Source: Candidatus Atelocyanobacterium thalassae
Lineage (GTDB): Bacteria; Cyanobacteriota; Cyanobacteriia; Cyanobacteriales; Microcystaceae
Length of the DNA stretch: 64,000 bases
Assembly (NCBI GenBank): GCA_051971635.1
Contig: JBFPLN010000001.1
Location: 64,001 to 128,000, forward strand
Direction: 5' to 3'
Part shown: positions 30,999-41,874 of the stretch, piece after piece
Numbering within the stretch: the stretch's first letter is position 1
How the letters are laid out: the number at the start of each line of letters is the position of its first letter
The notes under the pieces: model-generated
Seen by the model: the letters and a program-made list of their open reading frames with translations, nothing else
Databases searched by the model: none
What the model was told of the DNA's origin: nothing
Position numbers and translations under genes: made by a program

Positions 30999-32315
30999 AT
31001 GGTCGTCAGTCGAGACAAAACACCCACGGCACAAGAAACGTTTCTGCAAATGGCTCAAGCAGCCGGATTACGGAGTCGTCTACTAATTACAGTTGGTCTG
31101 TTAACTTTAATTCGCTTTGGAATTTTTATCCCTATTCCTGGTATTGATAGAGAAAAGTTTATTGATGCTATTAGTAATAGTCCAGTTTTGGGATTTTTGG
31201 ATATCTTTACAGGTGGTGGTATTTCCACTTTAGGTTTTTTTGCTTTAGGGATACTTCCTTTTATTAATGCCTCTATTATCATGCAGTTATTAACTGCTGC
31301 AGTCCCATTCTTAGAGGATCTCCAAAAGAATGAAGGAGAAGCAGGGAGACGTAAAATTTCGCAAATAACTCGATATGTGGCTGCTGGATGGGCAGTAATA
31401 CAGAGTACTGCTATTACTATAGGTCTTTTACGAGAATATGCTTTGAGCAGTACATTTTGGTTTGTACCAGAAACTGTATTAGCATTAACAGCAGGGTCTA
31501 TGTTCGTAATGTGGGTATCAGAACTAATTACGGAAAGAGGAATTGGTAATGGTGCTTCCTTACTAATTTTTGTCAATATCGTAGCAAGTTTACCAAAAAC
31601 CCTAGGACAGACTATTGACTACGCTCAAACCGGAGGAAGACAAGCAATAGCACAAGTAATTATTTTATTGCTTGTTTTTCTGGTCATGATAGTAGGAATT
31701 GTCTTTGTTCAAGAAGGAACACGCCGTATTCCTATCATATCGGCCCGTCGTCAAGTAGGTCGCAAGTTATATAGAGAAAGAACAAGTTATCTACCTTTAA
31801 GGCTTAACCAAGGAGGTGTGATGCCTATTATCTTTGCATCAGCGGTTTTAATTCTACCTCAAAGTTTAATTGGTTTTCTTGGTAATGGAGGGGCACTTAG
31901 TGAAACTCTAATTAAAGTTACAAATGCTTTGAGGCCAGGTACTTGGTCTTATGTTGGTGTTTACTCTATTTTAATTCTATTTTTTAGCTATTTCTATGCT
32001 TCTTTAATTGTTAATCCTGAAGATATATCAAAAAATCTCAAAAAAATGGGATCTAGCATTCCTGGCATACGACCCGGTGAAAAAACAAAAGAATATTTAG
32101 AGGGAGTTTTAAATCGTTTAACTTTACTAGGTGCTGGTTTCCTAAGCTTTGTTGCTACAGTTCCAACCTTGGTAGAAGGAGCTACTGGAGTTACAACTTT
32201 TAGAGGTTTAGGAGCTACTTCATTACTGATATTGGTAGGTGTTGCTATTGATACGGCAAAACAAATTCAAACCTATGTAATTTCTCAACGTTATGAGGGG
32301 ATGGTCAAACAATAG
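30999..32315 (+). CDS. secY: Preprotein translocase subunit SecY
   Basis: LGILPFINASII, GIGNGASLLIF, IPGIRPG; multiple TM helices. Confidence 0.98.
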   Translation: MVVSRDKTPTAQETFLQMAQAAGLRSRLLITVGLLTLIRFGIFIPIPGIDREKFIDAISNSPVLGFLDIFTGGGISTLGFFALGILPFINASIIMQLLTAAVPFLEDLQKNEGEAGRRKISQITRYVAAGWAVIQSTAITIGLLREYALSSTFWFVPETVLALTAGSMFVMWVSELITERGIGNGASLLIFVNIVASLPKTLGQTIDYAQTGGRQAIAQVIILLLVFLVMIVGIVFVQEGTRRIPIISARRQVGRKLYRERTSYLPLRLNQGGVMPIIFASAVLILPQSLIGFLGNGGALSETLIKVTNALRPGTWSYVGVYSILILFFSYFYASLIVNPEDISKNLKKMGSSIPGIRPGEKTKEYLEGVLNRLTLLGAGFLSFVATVPTLVEGATGVTTFRGLGATSLLILVGVAIDTAKQIQTYVISQRYEGMVKQ

Positions 32316-32392
32316 GAAAACATAAAAAATTTTAGTATTTTTTACCTATCAATTAACCACTTAAATATGCAAAAAAAATTATCAAGAAGATT

Positions 32393-32974
32393 ATGAGTAC
32401 AGGAAAAGGGTTGATTTTTTTAGGTCCTCCCGGTTCTGGAAAAGGAACCCAAGCTCAAAAACTATCAGCAGAATTTAACATTCCTCATATTTCTACTGGA
32501 GAAATGTTGAGACAGGCTATTACTAATCAAACAAGTCTGGGACAAGAAGCCCAATCTTATGTTGATAAAGGAGAATTAGTACCTGATAAATTATTATTAG
32601 GCTTAATTCAAGAACGATTAAACCAACAAGATGCACAGAAAGGGTGGATTTTAGATGGGTTTCCTCGTAATATTTTTCAAGCAGAGTTTTTAGATACGTT
32701 ACTTAAGAAACTCAGTAAATTTTCAGAACAATCAGTCAATCTGGAAGTTCCCGATGAGGTAATTGTAGAGCGTTTACTACTTAGAGGAAGAAAAGATGAT
32801 AGCGAAAAAACTATCCGTCGACGTCTAGAAGTTTATAGGGAAAAAACTCAGCTTGTATTAGATTATTATCGTCAAAATAAAAGACTTGTTTCCATTGATG
32901 GTAATCTTAAACCAGACAGAGTGGCAATTATATTAAAAAATACACTTACTTCTGGATTGACTAAAATTTTCTAA
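32393..32974 (+). CDS. adk: Adenylate kinase (short form)
   Basis: GPPGSGKGTQ, ILDGFPR, RGRKDD. Confidence 0.97.
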   Translation: MSTGKGLIFLGPPGSGKGTQAQKLSAEFNIPHISTGEMLRQAITNQTSLGQEAQSYVDKGELVPDKLLLGLIQERLNQQDAQKGWILDGFPRNIFQAEFLDTLLKKLSKFSEQSVNLEVPDEVIVERLLLRGRKDDSEKTIRRRLEVYREKTQLVLDYYRQNKRLVSIDGNLKPDRVAIILKNTLTSGLTKIF

Positions 32975-33075
32975 ATATCAAAACTATAGATAAGTTAGAT
33001 TACATCTAAAATAATCATTTTTCAGGAACAAGTTATTAACCTTTTTGCGTTGTACTTATTTGAGGCATAGTAATC

Positions 33076-33303
33076 GTGTCAAAACAAGATTTAATTGAGA
33101 TGGAAGGGACAGTGACAGAGTCTCTTCCGAATGCGATGTTTAGAGTAGATTTGGATAATGGGTTTAATGTATTAGCCCATATTTCTGGAAAAATTCGTCG
33201 AAATTATATTAAAATTCTACCGGGAGATAGGGTTAAAGTTGAACTTACCCCCTATGATTTAACTAAAGGTAGAATCACCTATCGGCTTAAAGGTAAAAAG
33301 TAA
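33076..33303 (+). CDS. infA: Translation initiation factor IF-1
   Basis: [24 protein letters not shown]. Confidence 0.99.
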   Translation: MSKQDLIEMEGTVTESLPNAMFRVDLDNGFNVLAHISGKIRRNYIKILPGDRVKVELTPYDLTKGRITYRLKGKK

Positions 33304-33347
33304 AAAATTAGTAACCCTGATTTTTACTATTTATCTTATTTAATAAG

Positions 33348-33377
33348 CTGACAAAAGAAGAGATACCTTGATATAAT
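33348..33377 (+). promoter_or_regulatory. Putative internal promoter upstream of rpmJ
   Basis: CTGACA (33348-33353), 18-nt spacer, extended -10 TGATATAAT (33369-33377). Confidence 0.5.
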
Positions 33378-33408
33378 AAAAGGCTTGCAGTCTTGCTGTT
33401 AAAAACTC

Positions 33409-33522
33409 ATGAAAGTTAGACCATCCGTTAAAAGAATGTGCGAAAAATGTCGCGTAATTAAGCGACGAGGCAAAGTAATGGTACTTTGTATCAATCCAAA
33501 ACATAAACAACGTCAAGGTTAG
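33409..33522 (+). CDS. rpmJ: 50S ribosomal protein L36 (missing from ORF track)
   Basis: Hand translation [37 protein letters not shown], 37 aa, Zn-ribbon C/C/C/H. Confidence 0.98.
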   Translation: MKVRPSVKRMCEKCRVIKRRGKVMVLCINPKHKQRQG

Positions 33523-33584
33523 AAAGCTAATGTAATAGCTTATTGATCTGTTGTATGTACAAAAATGCTTAGAGGACAAAAAAA

Positions 33585-33968
33585 TTGGCAAGGATATCTG
33601 GTGTTGATTTACCAAGAGATAAGAGAATCGAGATTGGACTAACTTACCTATTTGGTATTGGTTTATCAAGATCTCAAAAAATATTAGCCGAAACAGGTGT
33701 AAATCCTGATATTCGTGTACGAGACTTGAGCGATGAAGATCTTACTTCCCTTAGAACCTACATTGATGAAAACTTTCAAATTGAAGGTGATTTGAGACGT
33801 TGGGAAGCTATGAACATAAAACGATTAGCAGATATCGGTACCTATAGAGGTCGTCGTCATCGCCAAGGACTTCCTGTTCGAGGACAACGAACAAGAACTA
33901 ATGGACGTACTCGTCGCGGAAGACGGGTTACTGTAGCAGGTAAGAAAAAAGCTCCTGCTAAGAAATAA
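33585..33968 (+). CDS. rpsM: 30S ribosomal protein S13 (TTG start)
   Basis: [29 protein letters not shown]. Confidence 0.99.
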   Translation: MARISGVDLPRDKRIEIGLTYLFGIGLSRSQKILAETGVNPDIRVRDLSDEDLTSLRTYIDENFQIEGDLRRWEAMNIKRLADIGTYRGRRHRQGLPVRGQRTRTNGRTRRGRRVTVAGKKKAPAKK

Positions 33969-34014
33969 TTAACGTTTATTTGTAATTTAAGTTACACAAA
34001 ATCTTAGTAAAACT

Positions 34015-34407
34015 ATGGCACGACCAACTAAAAAAGGTGGACCAAAAAAACAGAAGAAGAACGTCCCTAATGGCGTTGCTCACATAAAGTCGACGTTTAA
34101 CAACACAATTGTAACAATTTCGGATACCAAAGGAGATGTTATCTCATGGTCATCTGCAGGAGCTAGTGGTTTTAAAGGAGCCAAAAAAGGAACTCCTTTT
34201 GCTGCTCAAACTGCAGCTGATTCCGCTGCTCGGCGTGCCATTGATAATGGAATGCGGCAAATAGAGGTTATGGTTAGTGGACCTGGTGCTGGTAGAGAAA
34301 CTGCTATAAGGGCACTTCAAGGATCAGGATTAGAAATTACGTTAATCAGAGACGTTACACCCATTCCTCATAATGGTTGTCGTCCTCCTAAGCGACGTCG
34401 TGTTTAA
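34015..34407 (+). CDS. rpsK: 30S ribosomal protein S11
   Basis: [26 protein letters not shown]. Confidence 0.99.
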   Translation: MARPTKKGGPKKQKKNVPNGVAHIKSTFNNTIVTISDTKGDVISWSSAGASGFKGAKKGTPFAAQTAADSAARRAIDNGMRQIEVMVSGPGAGRETAIRALQGSGLEITLIRDVTPIPHNGCRPPKRRRV

Positions 34408-34513
34408 TCTAGTCGGATTTATTTAAACTAAATACTTATAATTTAATAAATCGATGACTAATAGAAATATACGTTTGGACGAAGTATTTGACAATGAAAA
34501 GAGGTGACAAACA

Positions 34514-35458
34514 ATGGCACAATTTCAAATTGAATGTGTAGAGTCTAAGACTCAAAAAAATCAAAGTCAATACAGTAGATTTGTTCTTGAGCCATTGGAA
34601 AGAGGTCAAGGGACAACTGTGGGTAATGCTCTCAGAAGAGTTTTATTGGCAAACTTGGAAGGAACGGCAGTTACTGCCATAAGAATTGGCGGAGTGAATC
34701 ATGAATTTGCTACAATACCAGGGGTTAGAGAAGATGTCCTAGAAATCATATTAAATATGAAGGAAATTGTTCTTAAAAGCCATACTGAGCAAATCCAAAT
34801 AGGTCGTTTAGTTGCCGTAGGTGCAGCTCATGTAACAGCGGCACAGTTTGATTTACCTTCAGAAGTAGAAGTCATTAATCCTACTCAACCTATTGCAACT
34901 TTAACAGACGGTGCAAAACTTGAAATGGAGTTTCGCATTGAAAAAGGAATGGGTTATGTACCAGTAGAGAAAGGGAAAGAAAAACAAGGAGCACTTGATT
35001 TCTTGCAGATTGATGCTGTTTTCATGCCAGTTACAAAAGTTAACTATAGTGTAGAAAATATCAGGGGAGAAAAGGGTGACGTAAAAGATTCTTTAATGCT
35101 TGAAATCTGGACCAATGGTAGTGTTAGTCCAAAAGAAGCTTTATCTCAAGCAACTGAAGTTTTAGTTAACTTGTTTAGTCCTCTGAAAAATATTAATCAG
35201 CTTGAGGCTGCTGTTCCTGAGTATCAGGATGAAGAAAATCCTCAAAGCCAAATTCCTATTGAAGAATTGCAGTTATCAGTACGGGCTTATAATTGCTTAA
35301 AAAGAGCACAAATAAATACAGTTGCTGATCTATTAGATTATAGCCAAGAAGATTTACTAGAAATCAAAAACTTTGGCCAAAAGTCTGCTGAGGAGGTAAT
35401 TGAAGCTCTTCAAAAACGATTGGGAATTACTTTAGCACAAGAAAAAAACAAGGCTTAG
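34514..35458 (+). CDS. rpoA: RNA polymerase alpha subunit
   Basis: EPLERGQGTTVGNALRRVLL, LSVRAYNCLKR, NFGQKS. Confidence 0.99.
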   Translation: MAQFQIECVESKTQKNQSQYSRFVLEPLERGQGTTVGNALRRVLLANLEGTAVTAIRIGGVNHEFATIPGVREDVLEIILNMKEIVLKSHTEQIQIGRLVAVGAAHVTAAQFDLPSEVEVINPTQPIATLTDGAKLEMEFRIEKGMGYVPVEKGKEKQGALDFLQIDAVFMPVTKVNYSVENIRGEKGDVKDSLMLEIWTNGSVSPKEALSQATEVLVNLFSPLKNINQLEAAVPEYQDEENPQSQIPIEELQLSVRAYNCLKRAQINTVADLLDYSQEDLLEIKNFGQKSAEEVIEALQKRLGITLAQEKNKA

Positions 35459-35533
35459 TAGGTCATGAATAATTAATCATTACTACTAGTCTATAAATGT
35501 TACTTTTTTATCATATTAAGGAGACGTAACAAA

Positions 35534-35884
35534 ATGCGACATCGGTGCCGCGTACCACATTTAGGTAAACCTGCTGATCAACGGAAAGCCTTATTAAGAT
35601 CACTTGCAACAGAATTAATTCGTCATGGACAAATTAAAACAACCAAAGTTCGTGCTAAGGCAGTACGGTCTGAAGTAGAAAAAATGATTACTTTAGCCAA
35701 GGATGGATCATTATCAGCTAGACGTAAAGCGATAAGTTATCTTTTTGATAAACAATTAGTTCATGCTCTATTCGCCGATGCATCAACTCGCTATGGAGAA
35801 CGTCCTGGAGGATATACGAGAATTGTCCGTACTTTACGCCGTCGTGGAGATAATGCTGAAATGGCCATTATTGAATTAATGTGA
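35534..35884 (+). CDS. rplQ: 50S ribosomal protein L17
   Basis: [23 protein letters not shown]. Confidence 0.99.
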   Translation: MRHRCRVPHLGKPADQRKALLRSLATELIRHGQIKTTKVRAKAVRSEVEKMITLAKDGSLSARRKAISYLFDKQLVHALFADASTRYGERPGGYTRIVRTLRRRGDNAEMAIIELM

Positions 35885-35915
35885 TTTTTAGTTTAAATAG
35901 GATTGCAAATATTGA

Positions 35916-36761
35916 ATGAGCATTTCTAATAAACAGTCGCAACCAACAAAAAGGATAGCTCTGATAATCCAATATTCGGGAAATCGCTTTCATGGTTGGC
36001 AAAGACAGCCTTATCATAGAACTGTTCAAGAAGATCTTGAAAATACTATTACTAAATCACTCGGTTATGAAGTTTCCATCCATGGTGCTGGTCGTACTGA
36101 TGCAGGAGTTCATGCTACTGCACAGGTAGCTCATTTTGATTACGTAGGACCAATCCCACCAAAAAGATTAGCAAAAGTTCTAAATCGATACTTACCAGAA
36201 GATATCTTAATTCGTAATTCAGAAGAAGTTCCTATTGACTGGCATGCTAGATTCTCAGCTCAATGGCGTCGTTATCGATACACATTGTATACCAACAAAA
36301 ATTCTAATTTATTTACTAAGTCTTTTAGTTGGCATTATTATCGTTATCCTCTGAAAGTGAAATTAATGTTGGATGCTCTAACATCATTATTGGGGACACA
36401 TCATTTAACTGCTTTTCAAAAAAAGGGTTCCCAGCGTACTCATTCTTGGGTAGAAATTCAAGATGTAGAGTGCTACCGTAAAGGAGCTTTTATTCATATA
36501 GAGATTCAAGCGAATGGATTCCTATATGGAATGGTAAGATTACTAATAGGGATGCTAGTAGAAGTAGGAATTGGTAAACTTTCTTTAACTAATTTTAATC
36601 AAATCTGGCGTAATCAAAAGCGCGAACATGTACGGCATTCTGCTCCAGCTAACGGACTATGTTTATTAGGAGTAGGTTATCCAGAATTTTCATTTTCGTC
36701 AAATTTATATTTAGATGCTCAGCCATTATTTGAAACTAGTCAAATAATTTGTGAGAATTAA
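35916..36761 (+). CDS. truA: tRNA pseudouridine(38-40) synthase
   Basis: FHGWQRQ, GAGRTDAGVHA, GFLYGMVR. Confidence 0.97.
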   Translation: MSISNKQSQPTKRIALIIQYSGNRFHGWQRQPYHRTVQEDLENTITKSLGYEVSIHGAGRTDAGVHATAQVAHFDYVGPIPPKRLAKVLNRYLPEDILIRNSEEVPIDWHARFSAQWRRYRYTLYTNKNSNLFTKSFSWHYYRYPLKVKLMLDALTSLLGTHHLTAFQKKGSQRTHSWVEIQDVECYRKGAFIHIEIQANGFLYGMVRLLIGMLVEVGIGKLSLTNFNQIWRNQKREHVRHSAPANGLCLLGVGYPEFSFSSNLYLDAQPLFETSQIICEN

Positions 36762-36843
36762 ATTTCTAACAATATATCTAATGGAAAATATCATGTCTAT
36801 TAAAAAAGATAACCTGAATATTAATTAATATCTAACATTATTT

Positions 36844-37299
36844 ATGAACAAAACAATTACACCATCACCAGCAATACTTGAGCAGAAATGGTATGTTATT
36901 GATGCTAAGCACCAACGCTTAGGACGCCTTGCTTGCGAAATTGCCAAAATTTTAAGAGGTAAGAAGAAACCAACTTATACACCTCATATGGATACCGGAG
37001 ACTTTATTATTGTAATCAATGCAGAAAAAGTTGAGGTTACTGGCCGAAAAAGTCATCAAAAATTATACCGCCGTCATTCTGGTAGACCCGGAGGTATGAA
37101 AGTTGAAACCTTCGAAAAACTACTTAAGAGAATCCCAGAGAGAATTCTTGAAAAAGCTGTAAAAGGGATGTTGCCTAAAAATACTTTAGGGCGTCAATTA
37201 TTCACAAAATTGAAAGTTTACGCTGGTCCTAACCATCCTCATCAAGCACAAAAACCAGAAGAACTAATTCTGAATACTATTCCAAATGGAGATCGATAA
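36844..37299 (+). CDS. rplM: 50S ribosomal protein L13
   Basis: [25 protein letters not shown]. Confidence 0.99.
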   Translation: MNKTITPSPAILEQKWYVIDAKHQRLGRLACEIAKILRGKKKPTYTPHMDTGDFIIVINAEKVEVTGRKSHQKLYRRHSGRPGGMKVETFEKLLKRIPERILEKAVKGMLPKNTLGRQLFTKLKVYAGPNHPHQAQKPEELILNTIPNGDR

Positions 37300-37715
37300 T
37301 GTTAACTACTGAAGAGAATAAAGACAAAGCTATTTACTGGGGTACTGGCCGCCGTAAATCATCAATCGCGAGAGTTCGTCTAGTTCCAGGAACAGGAGAA
37401 ATTAAAGTTAATAAAAAAGAAGGCAATCTATATTTCAACCAAATTGCTGATTATATACAAGTCATCAAAGCACCTTTAGAGAAACTAGGATTAGACAAAG
37501 AATATGATATTCTGGTCAATGCCCATGGTGGAGGATTAACAGGACAGGCAGATGCAGTCAAATTAGGCGTAGCAAGAGCATTATGTGAATTAAATCCAGA
37601 AAACCGACCAACATTAAAGGCGGAAGGATATTTAACAAGGGATCCTCGTGCTAAAGAACGTAAGAAATATGGTTTACATAAAGCACGTAAAGCTCCTCAA
37701 TATTCTAAACGTTAA
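37299..37715 (+). CDS. rpsI: 30S ribosomal protein S9
   Basis: [25 protein letters not shown]. Confidence 0.99.
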   Translation: MLTTEENKDKAIYWGTGRRKSSIARVRLVPGTGEIKVNKKEGNLYFNQIADYIQVIKAPLEKLGLDKEYDILVNAHGGGLTGQADAVKLGVARALCELNPENRPTLKAEGYLTRDPRAKERKKYGLHKARKAPQYSKR

Positions 37716-37773
37716 CCCGAGTAATTTTTATTATCGTAAATAACACGAAATACCTTATAAGGAGATACGAAAA

Positions 37774-38028
37774 ATGTCAAAGCCTAATATTCACCCAACT
37801 TGGTATCCTGAAGCAAAAGTAACTTGTAACGGCGAAGTTGTAATGACTGTAGGATCAACTCGTCCTGAAATCAATGTTGAAGTATGGTCGGGTAATCACC
37901 CTTTTTATACGGGTACTCAAAAAATTATCGATACGGAAGGAAGAGTAGATCGCTTCCAAAAACGATATGCCATGATTGGTAAAAAAGCTAGTAAGGAAAC
38001 CTCAGAGTCAGATAGTGCGACAAAATAG
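37774..38028 (+). CDS. rpmE: 50S ribosomal protein L31
   Basis: [22 protein letters not shown]. Confidence 0.98.
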   Translation: MSKPNIHPTWYPEAKVTCNGEVVMTVGSTRPEINVEVWSGNHPFYTGTQKIIDTEGRVDRFQKRYAMIGKKASKETSESDSATK

Positions 38029-38045
38029 CAGCCACTATAAAATTT

Positions 38046-38077
38046 AGAACCCAGCAGTCTACTGCTGGGTTCTCTTT
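38046..38077 (+). terminator. Intrinsic terminator-like hairpin between rpmE and prfA
   Basis: Perfect inverted repeat AGAACCCAGCAGT (38046-38058) / ACTGCTGGGTTCT (38061-38073) followed by CTTT. Confidence 0.75.
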
Positions 38078-38119
38078 ATCTATAAAATAATAAAATAAGA
38101 ATACATTATAAAAAATACT

Positions 38120-39223
38120 ATGGCTGAATCATATTTATTAAATAAATTACATTCTGTTGAACTAACTTTTAATGAATTAACTCGTCGTTTAGCTGATCCT
38201 AGTATAGCTACAGACCCAAGTGAATTACAAAAAGTTGCAAAAGCACGTTCCTCTTTGGAAGAAACAGTGTGCACATATGAAAAGTGGAAACAAGCTGAGA
38301 AAGAACTTTTAGAAACAAGACAGATTATGAAAGATGCCGGGGGAGATCACGAAATGAAAGAAATGGCATCTATAGAGGCTAAAGAATTAGAAGTAAGACT
38401 AAATAACCTAGAAAAGTTAATGAAAATCCTTTTACTTCCTCGTGATCCTAATGATGATAAAAATATTATGTTAGAAATTAGAGCAGGTACTGGAGGAGAT
38501 GAGGCAAGTATTTGGGCTGGTGATTTAGCAAGAATGTATTCACGCTTTGCAGAATCTCAAAAATGGGGAGTTAAATTAGTAAATGAATCTATTGCTGATA
38601 TGGGTGGTATTAAGGAAACTATACTTGAGATAACTGGGGATAAAGTTTATAGCAAGTTAAAATTTGAAGCAGGGGTCCACAGAGTACAAAGAGTTCCAGT
38701 GACGGAAGCCGGCGGTAGAGTCCATACCTCAACGGCAACAGTGGCTATTATGCCAGAGGTAGATGAAGTAGAAGTAGAGATTGATGCAAAAGATATAGAT
38801 ATAAGTACAGCTCGCTCTGGAGGTGCTGGAGGACAAAATGTTAATAAAGTTGAGACGGCTGTCGATTTATTTCATAAGCCTACAGGTATTAGAATTTTTT
38901 GTACTGAAGAAAGATCACAGTTGCAAAATAGAGAAAGAGCTATGCAGATTCTAAGAGCAAAATTATATGAAACTAAACTACGAGAGCAACAAGAAGAAAT
39001 AAGTTCAATGAGAAAATCTCAAGTAGGTACAGGCTCAAGATCTGAAAAAATTCGTACCTATAACTACAAGGATAATAGAGTAACAGATCACCGATTAGGA
39101 CAAAATTTTGCTTTATCAGGAATTTTAGAAGGTGATATTGATATTTTAATAGAATCATGCATATCTCAAGATCAACAAGAACGCTTATTAGAGCTAGCAG
39201 ATTCTTCAGAAATGACAGAATAA
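38120..39223 (+). CDS. prfA: Peptide chain release factor 1
   Basis: [12 protein letters not shown] (PxT), [18 protein letters not shown]. Confidence 0.98.
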   Translation: MAESYLLNKLHSVELTFNELTRRLADPSIATDPSELQKVAKARSSLEETVCTYEKWKQAEKELLETRQIMKDAGGDHEMKEMASIEAKELEVRLNNLEKLMKILLLPRDPNDDKNIMLEIRAGTGGDEASIWAGDLARMYSRFAESQKWGVKLVNESIADMGGIKETILEITGDKVYSKLKFEAGVHRVQRVPVTEAGGRVHTSTATVAIMPEVDEVEVEIDAKDIDISTARSGGAGGQNVNKVETAVDLFHKPTGIRIFCTEERSQLQNRERAMQILRAKLYETKLREQQEEISSMRKSQVGTGSRSEKIRTYNYKDNRVTDHRLGQNFALSGILEGDIDILIESCISQDQQERLLELADSSEMTE

Positions 39224-39347
39224 TAAATTCACTTATATTTTCACACAGTCAATTAATATTTGTTTTTATTATTCAAAATAGATAAAAAACATAATGGTAG
39301 TTTGAGCTATACATTATATAATTTATAGTTAAATATATTACTGTTAG

Positions 39348-40415
39348 CTATTTATTATTTTGATAATATTCATGAGTCAAAAACGGCACTTGAAAAAGTT
39401 CTCCCTTCGTATCATTTATTCTAACCTGTAGATTCTCCTTTCCTATCTTTGCTTTAATATAAGCTAAACCCCAAAAATCTTTGTTTATTTGAACACAACT
39501 TGTCAAAGCTCCAATCTTATTTCCGTCCACAAATATAGGAGTAGGCACGTCAAGTAGTTGAGTTAACTTTATACCCCATAAATATTGCTTTACGCCACGA
39601 TAAGTATTTAGCCTTGCTATAGTTTCTTGACCAATATAACAGCCTTTATTAAAGGAAATTTTAGACCATAAACCTGCTTCTAAAGGATTATAAGTCTCAG
39701 TTAATTCATTCTCAGGAAATGGTCTCCCCTGACGGATCCTCAGTTTCTCCCATACATCAAGACTAGTAGGTAAAAAATCATATTCTATGAGTTCTTTGAA
39801 AATATTGTCAGAATAGCTTTTAGGTACAATCATTGTACATCCAGGAAGAGCTAAGCCATTGTCCAAAGTGACTATTATAGTATTATTTTCTATTGTTAGG
39901 ATATCTTGATTATCAAGATGAGAATCAAATATTTTTTTAAGATCACAATTCCATGCCTGTAGTTTTTGAACCACTTGAGGACCAACTAGACTAAAAATAG
40001 TATTTTCATGAGAAATATCTATTAATTGTACTTTGTCCATTGGGAAGATATAGCGTTCCATCCAATCTAAAAGAAGAGAGCGCCTATTTGGAGAAACTAA
40101 TAATAGGATTTCATTTTCCATTACGTAAACAGTAGCTAGATCTAAAGTTCTCCCAGTAGAATTTATGAAGACAGTCTCACATAGTTGTTTTGGCTTGAGG
40201 TCTTTAATATTATTAGTAGACAGATTATGTAAAAAATTTAATCTATCTTTCCCAGTAAGTTTTAATAGTCCCCAATGACTCATATCAATTACCACTGCGT
40301 CACTGTATGCTTCTTCAAAAGCATAATATTCACTTTTAAAATCTTTAACTACACTTTCTTCTTTAATGACAGAATAATCAATATCTTCTTGGAAACTACT
40401 TAATTTTTGTAGCAT
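39348..40415 (-). CDS. ygfZ: Folate-binding Fe-S repair protein YgfZ (GcvT-like)
   Basis: KGCYIGQE signature; GcvT-like N-terminus. Confidence 0.9.
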   Translation of the reverse strand: MLQKLSSFQEDIDYSVIKEESVVKDFKSEYYAFEEAYSDAVVIDMSHWGLLKLTGKDRLNFLHNLSTNNIKDLKPKQLCETVFINSTGRTLDLATVYVMENEILLLVSPNRRSLLLDWMERYIFPMDKVQLIDISHENTIFSLVGPQVVQKLQAWNCDLKKIFDSHLDNQDILTIENNTIIVTLDNGLALPGCTMIVPKSYSDNIFKELIEYDFLPTSLDVWEKLRIRQGRPFPENELTETYNPLEAGLWSKISFNKGCYIGQETIARLNTYRGVKQYLWGIKLTQLLDVPTPIFVDGNKIGALTSCVQINKDFWGLAYIKAKIGKENLQVRINDTKGELFQVPFLTHEYYQNNK

Positions 40416-40605
40416 AATTAATATTTTTATTATAAGTTTAATACATTACTAAACTTTCTTCAGAATAATATAAGTCTAGTATTGTCTACATATCTGTTTA
40501 ATTATTTAAACAGACTCATACAAGTTGGATTTTTAAATATGTAAGCCGTACATAACATCAAATTTAATAGTTAAGTATTAAATAAAATTGATCGTTTTTC
40601 TGAGT

Positions 40606-41373
40606 CTAAGGCATCCATTCTAACAAGATACTTACTTGGCTATCTTTTTTTACTCGAGAGTTTTGTTTTTTAACTTCGGTTAATAAACGCATATTTGATG
40701 TTACTGCATAACCGAAAGATAAGTTAATGACTCCTACTTCCTCTGCACTTCCAGGAGACAAAAATGTTTGAGTTATTGAAATATCAGATGCTCCAGATCT
40801 AGATAAAGCAAGAATTAATTTTCCTCCAATATTTAGACCATCTTCACTGTAATTATTTGTACTGATAGTTTTATAACCCAACACCGGAGTAACATTGAAG
40901 TAGTATCCTAGAGGCAATAAATAATATTGTAAATTTATACTTCCTGCATCTCTTTTTGTAAAAGAAGTTTGATAATTTCCACTAATACTGAATCCTTTCT
41001 TTCCTAAAAAAACATCTTCAGCTCTAATAATAAGGCCACCAATATGTTGATTGGATGGAAATTCCGTATAGCCTAATCCAATACGAGTTTTAAAACTAGG
41101 AGTATGTTTAATTTCTTCTAGAATATTTGGAATTTTTCGAGTCCATCGTTGTAAAACTTTACTACTATTAACTATTTCTGAAGATAGATCAAGAGATTGA
41201 TCAATTGAATTATTAGAGTCAGAATAAATAGTTTGGCCGTAAATTTTTTTGTTTAATGAACTAAATAGTATTAAAGAAGTAATGATAATGAAGGAATTAA
41301 ATTTAAATAATATTTTATTGTTACTCATAATCAAATAAATATTATTCGCTAAGTCAAATCTAGAATTACACAT
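40606..41373 (-). CDS. Conserved cyanobacterial exported hypothetical protein, possible beta-barrel
   Basis: Signal-like hydrophobic N-terminus; alternating-residue strands; ends LLEWMP. Confidence 0.7.
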   Translation of the reverse strand: MCNSRFDLANNIYLIMSNNKILFKFNSFIIITSLILFSSLNKKIYGQTIYSDSNNSIDQSLDLSSEIVNSSKVLQRWTRKIPNILEEIKHTPSFKTRIGLGYTEFPSNQHIGGLIIRAEDVFLGKKGFSISGNYQTSFTKRDAGSINLQYYLLPLGYYFNVTPVLGYKTISTNNYSEDGLNIGGKLILALSRSGASDISITQTFLSPGSAEEVGVINLSFGYAVTSNMRLLTEVKKQNSRVKKDSQVSILLEWMP

Positions 41374-41388
41374 TTTAAATCCAAATAT

Positions 41389-41868
41389 TTAATTTAAATA
41401 TTTAATCAAATCAAATGAAAAATCACCAACTGTTGTCAAAATAATTTGGCGATTCATATCATCAATATAGAAAAAATCTATCTTTAAATAGCTAAGAGGA
41501 AGAAAAGGTAGTCTTTCTGGCCATTCAATTATAGTTATACCAGGTGTAATATCTTTCTTTTCCCAATATTGTTCTATAAATGAATCTTCCACCATATTTT
41601 TTTCAGTTCTATACAAATCAAGATGATAAAGAGGTAGGCAGCCTTGGTAGTATTCATTAATGAGAATAAAAGTAGGGCTAACAATAGAATCTGCAATACC
41701 TAGCCCTTTACCTATCCCTTGAACAAAAGTAGTTTTACCTGTTCCTAGATCACCTTTTAATAGTAACGTACTATTTTCAGGTAGTATTTTTCCTAATTGC
41801 TCACCGAAGTCTAAAGTTCTTTGATAACTATGTAAGACTATAGATTTATGGTTAATTTTTTTTCCCAT
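41389..41868 (-). CDS. tsaE: tRNA threonylcarbamoyladenosine biosynthesis ATPase TsaE
   Basis: GDLGTGKTT, SPTF, HLDLYR, IEWPE. Confidence 0.96.
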   Translation of the reverse strand: MGKKINHKSIVLHSYQRTLDFGEQLGKILPENSTLLLKGDLGTGKTTFVQGIGKGLGIADSIVSPTFILINEYYQGCLPLYHLDLYRTEKNMVEDSFIEQYWEKKDITPGITIIEWPERLPFLPLSYLKIDFFYIDDMNRQIILTTVGDFSFDLIKYLN

Positions 41869-41874
41869 ATAAAT

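Noticed and set aside
34410..34460. Irregular stem-loop in the rpsK-rpoA spacer
   Set aside because: Mostly A-T pairs with a large loop; not distinguishable from chance without comparative data.
22255..35884. Absence of rpsJ, rpsN, rpmD and rpsD from the cluster
   Set aside because: Normal for cyanobacteria: these genes lie elsewhere or, for L30, are absent. Not evidence of reduction.
22117..39158. Many antisense or alternate-frame ORFs inside the ribosomal operon (e.g. 22117-22407, 23067-23306, 24743-25060, 31055-31576, 33340-33669)
   Set aside because: They overlap highly conserved genes and have no recognisable motifs; they are shadow ORFs.
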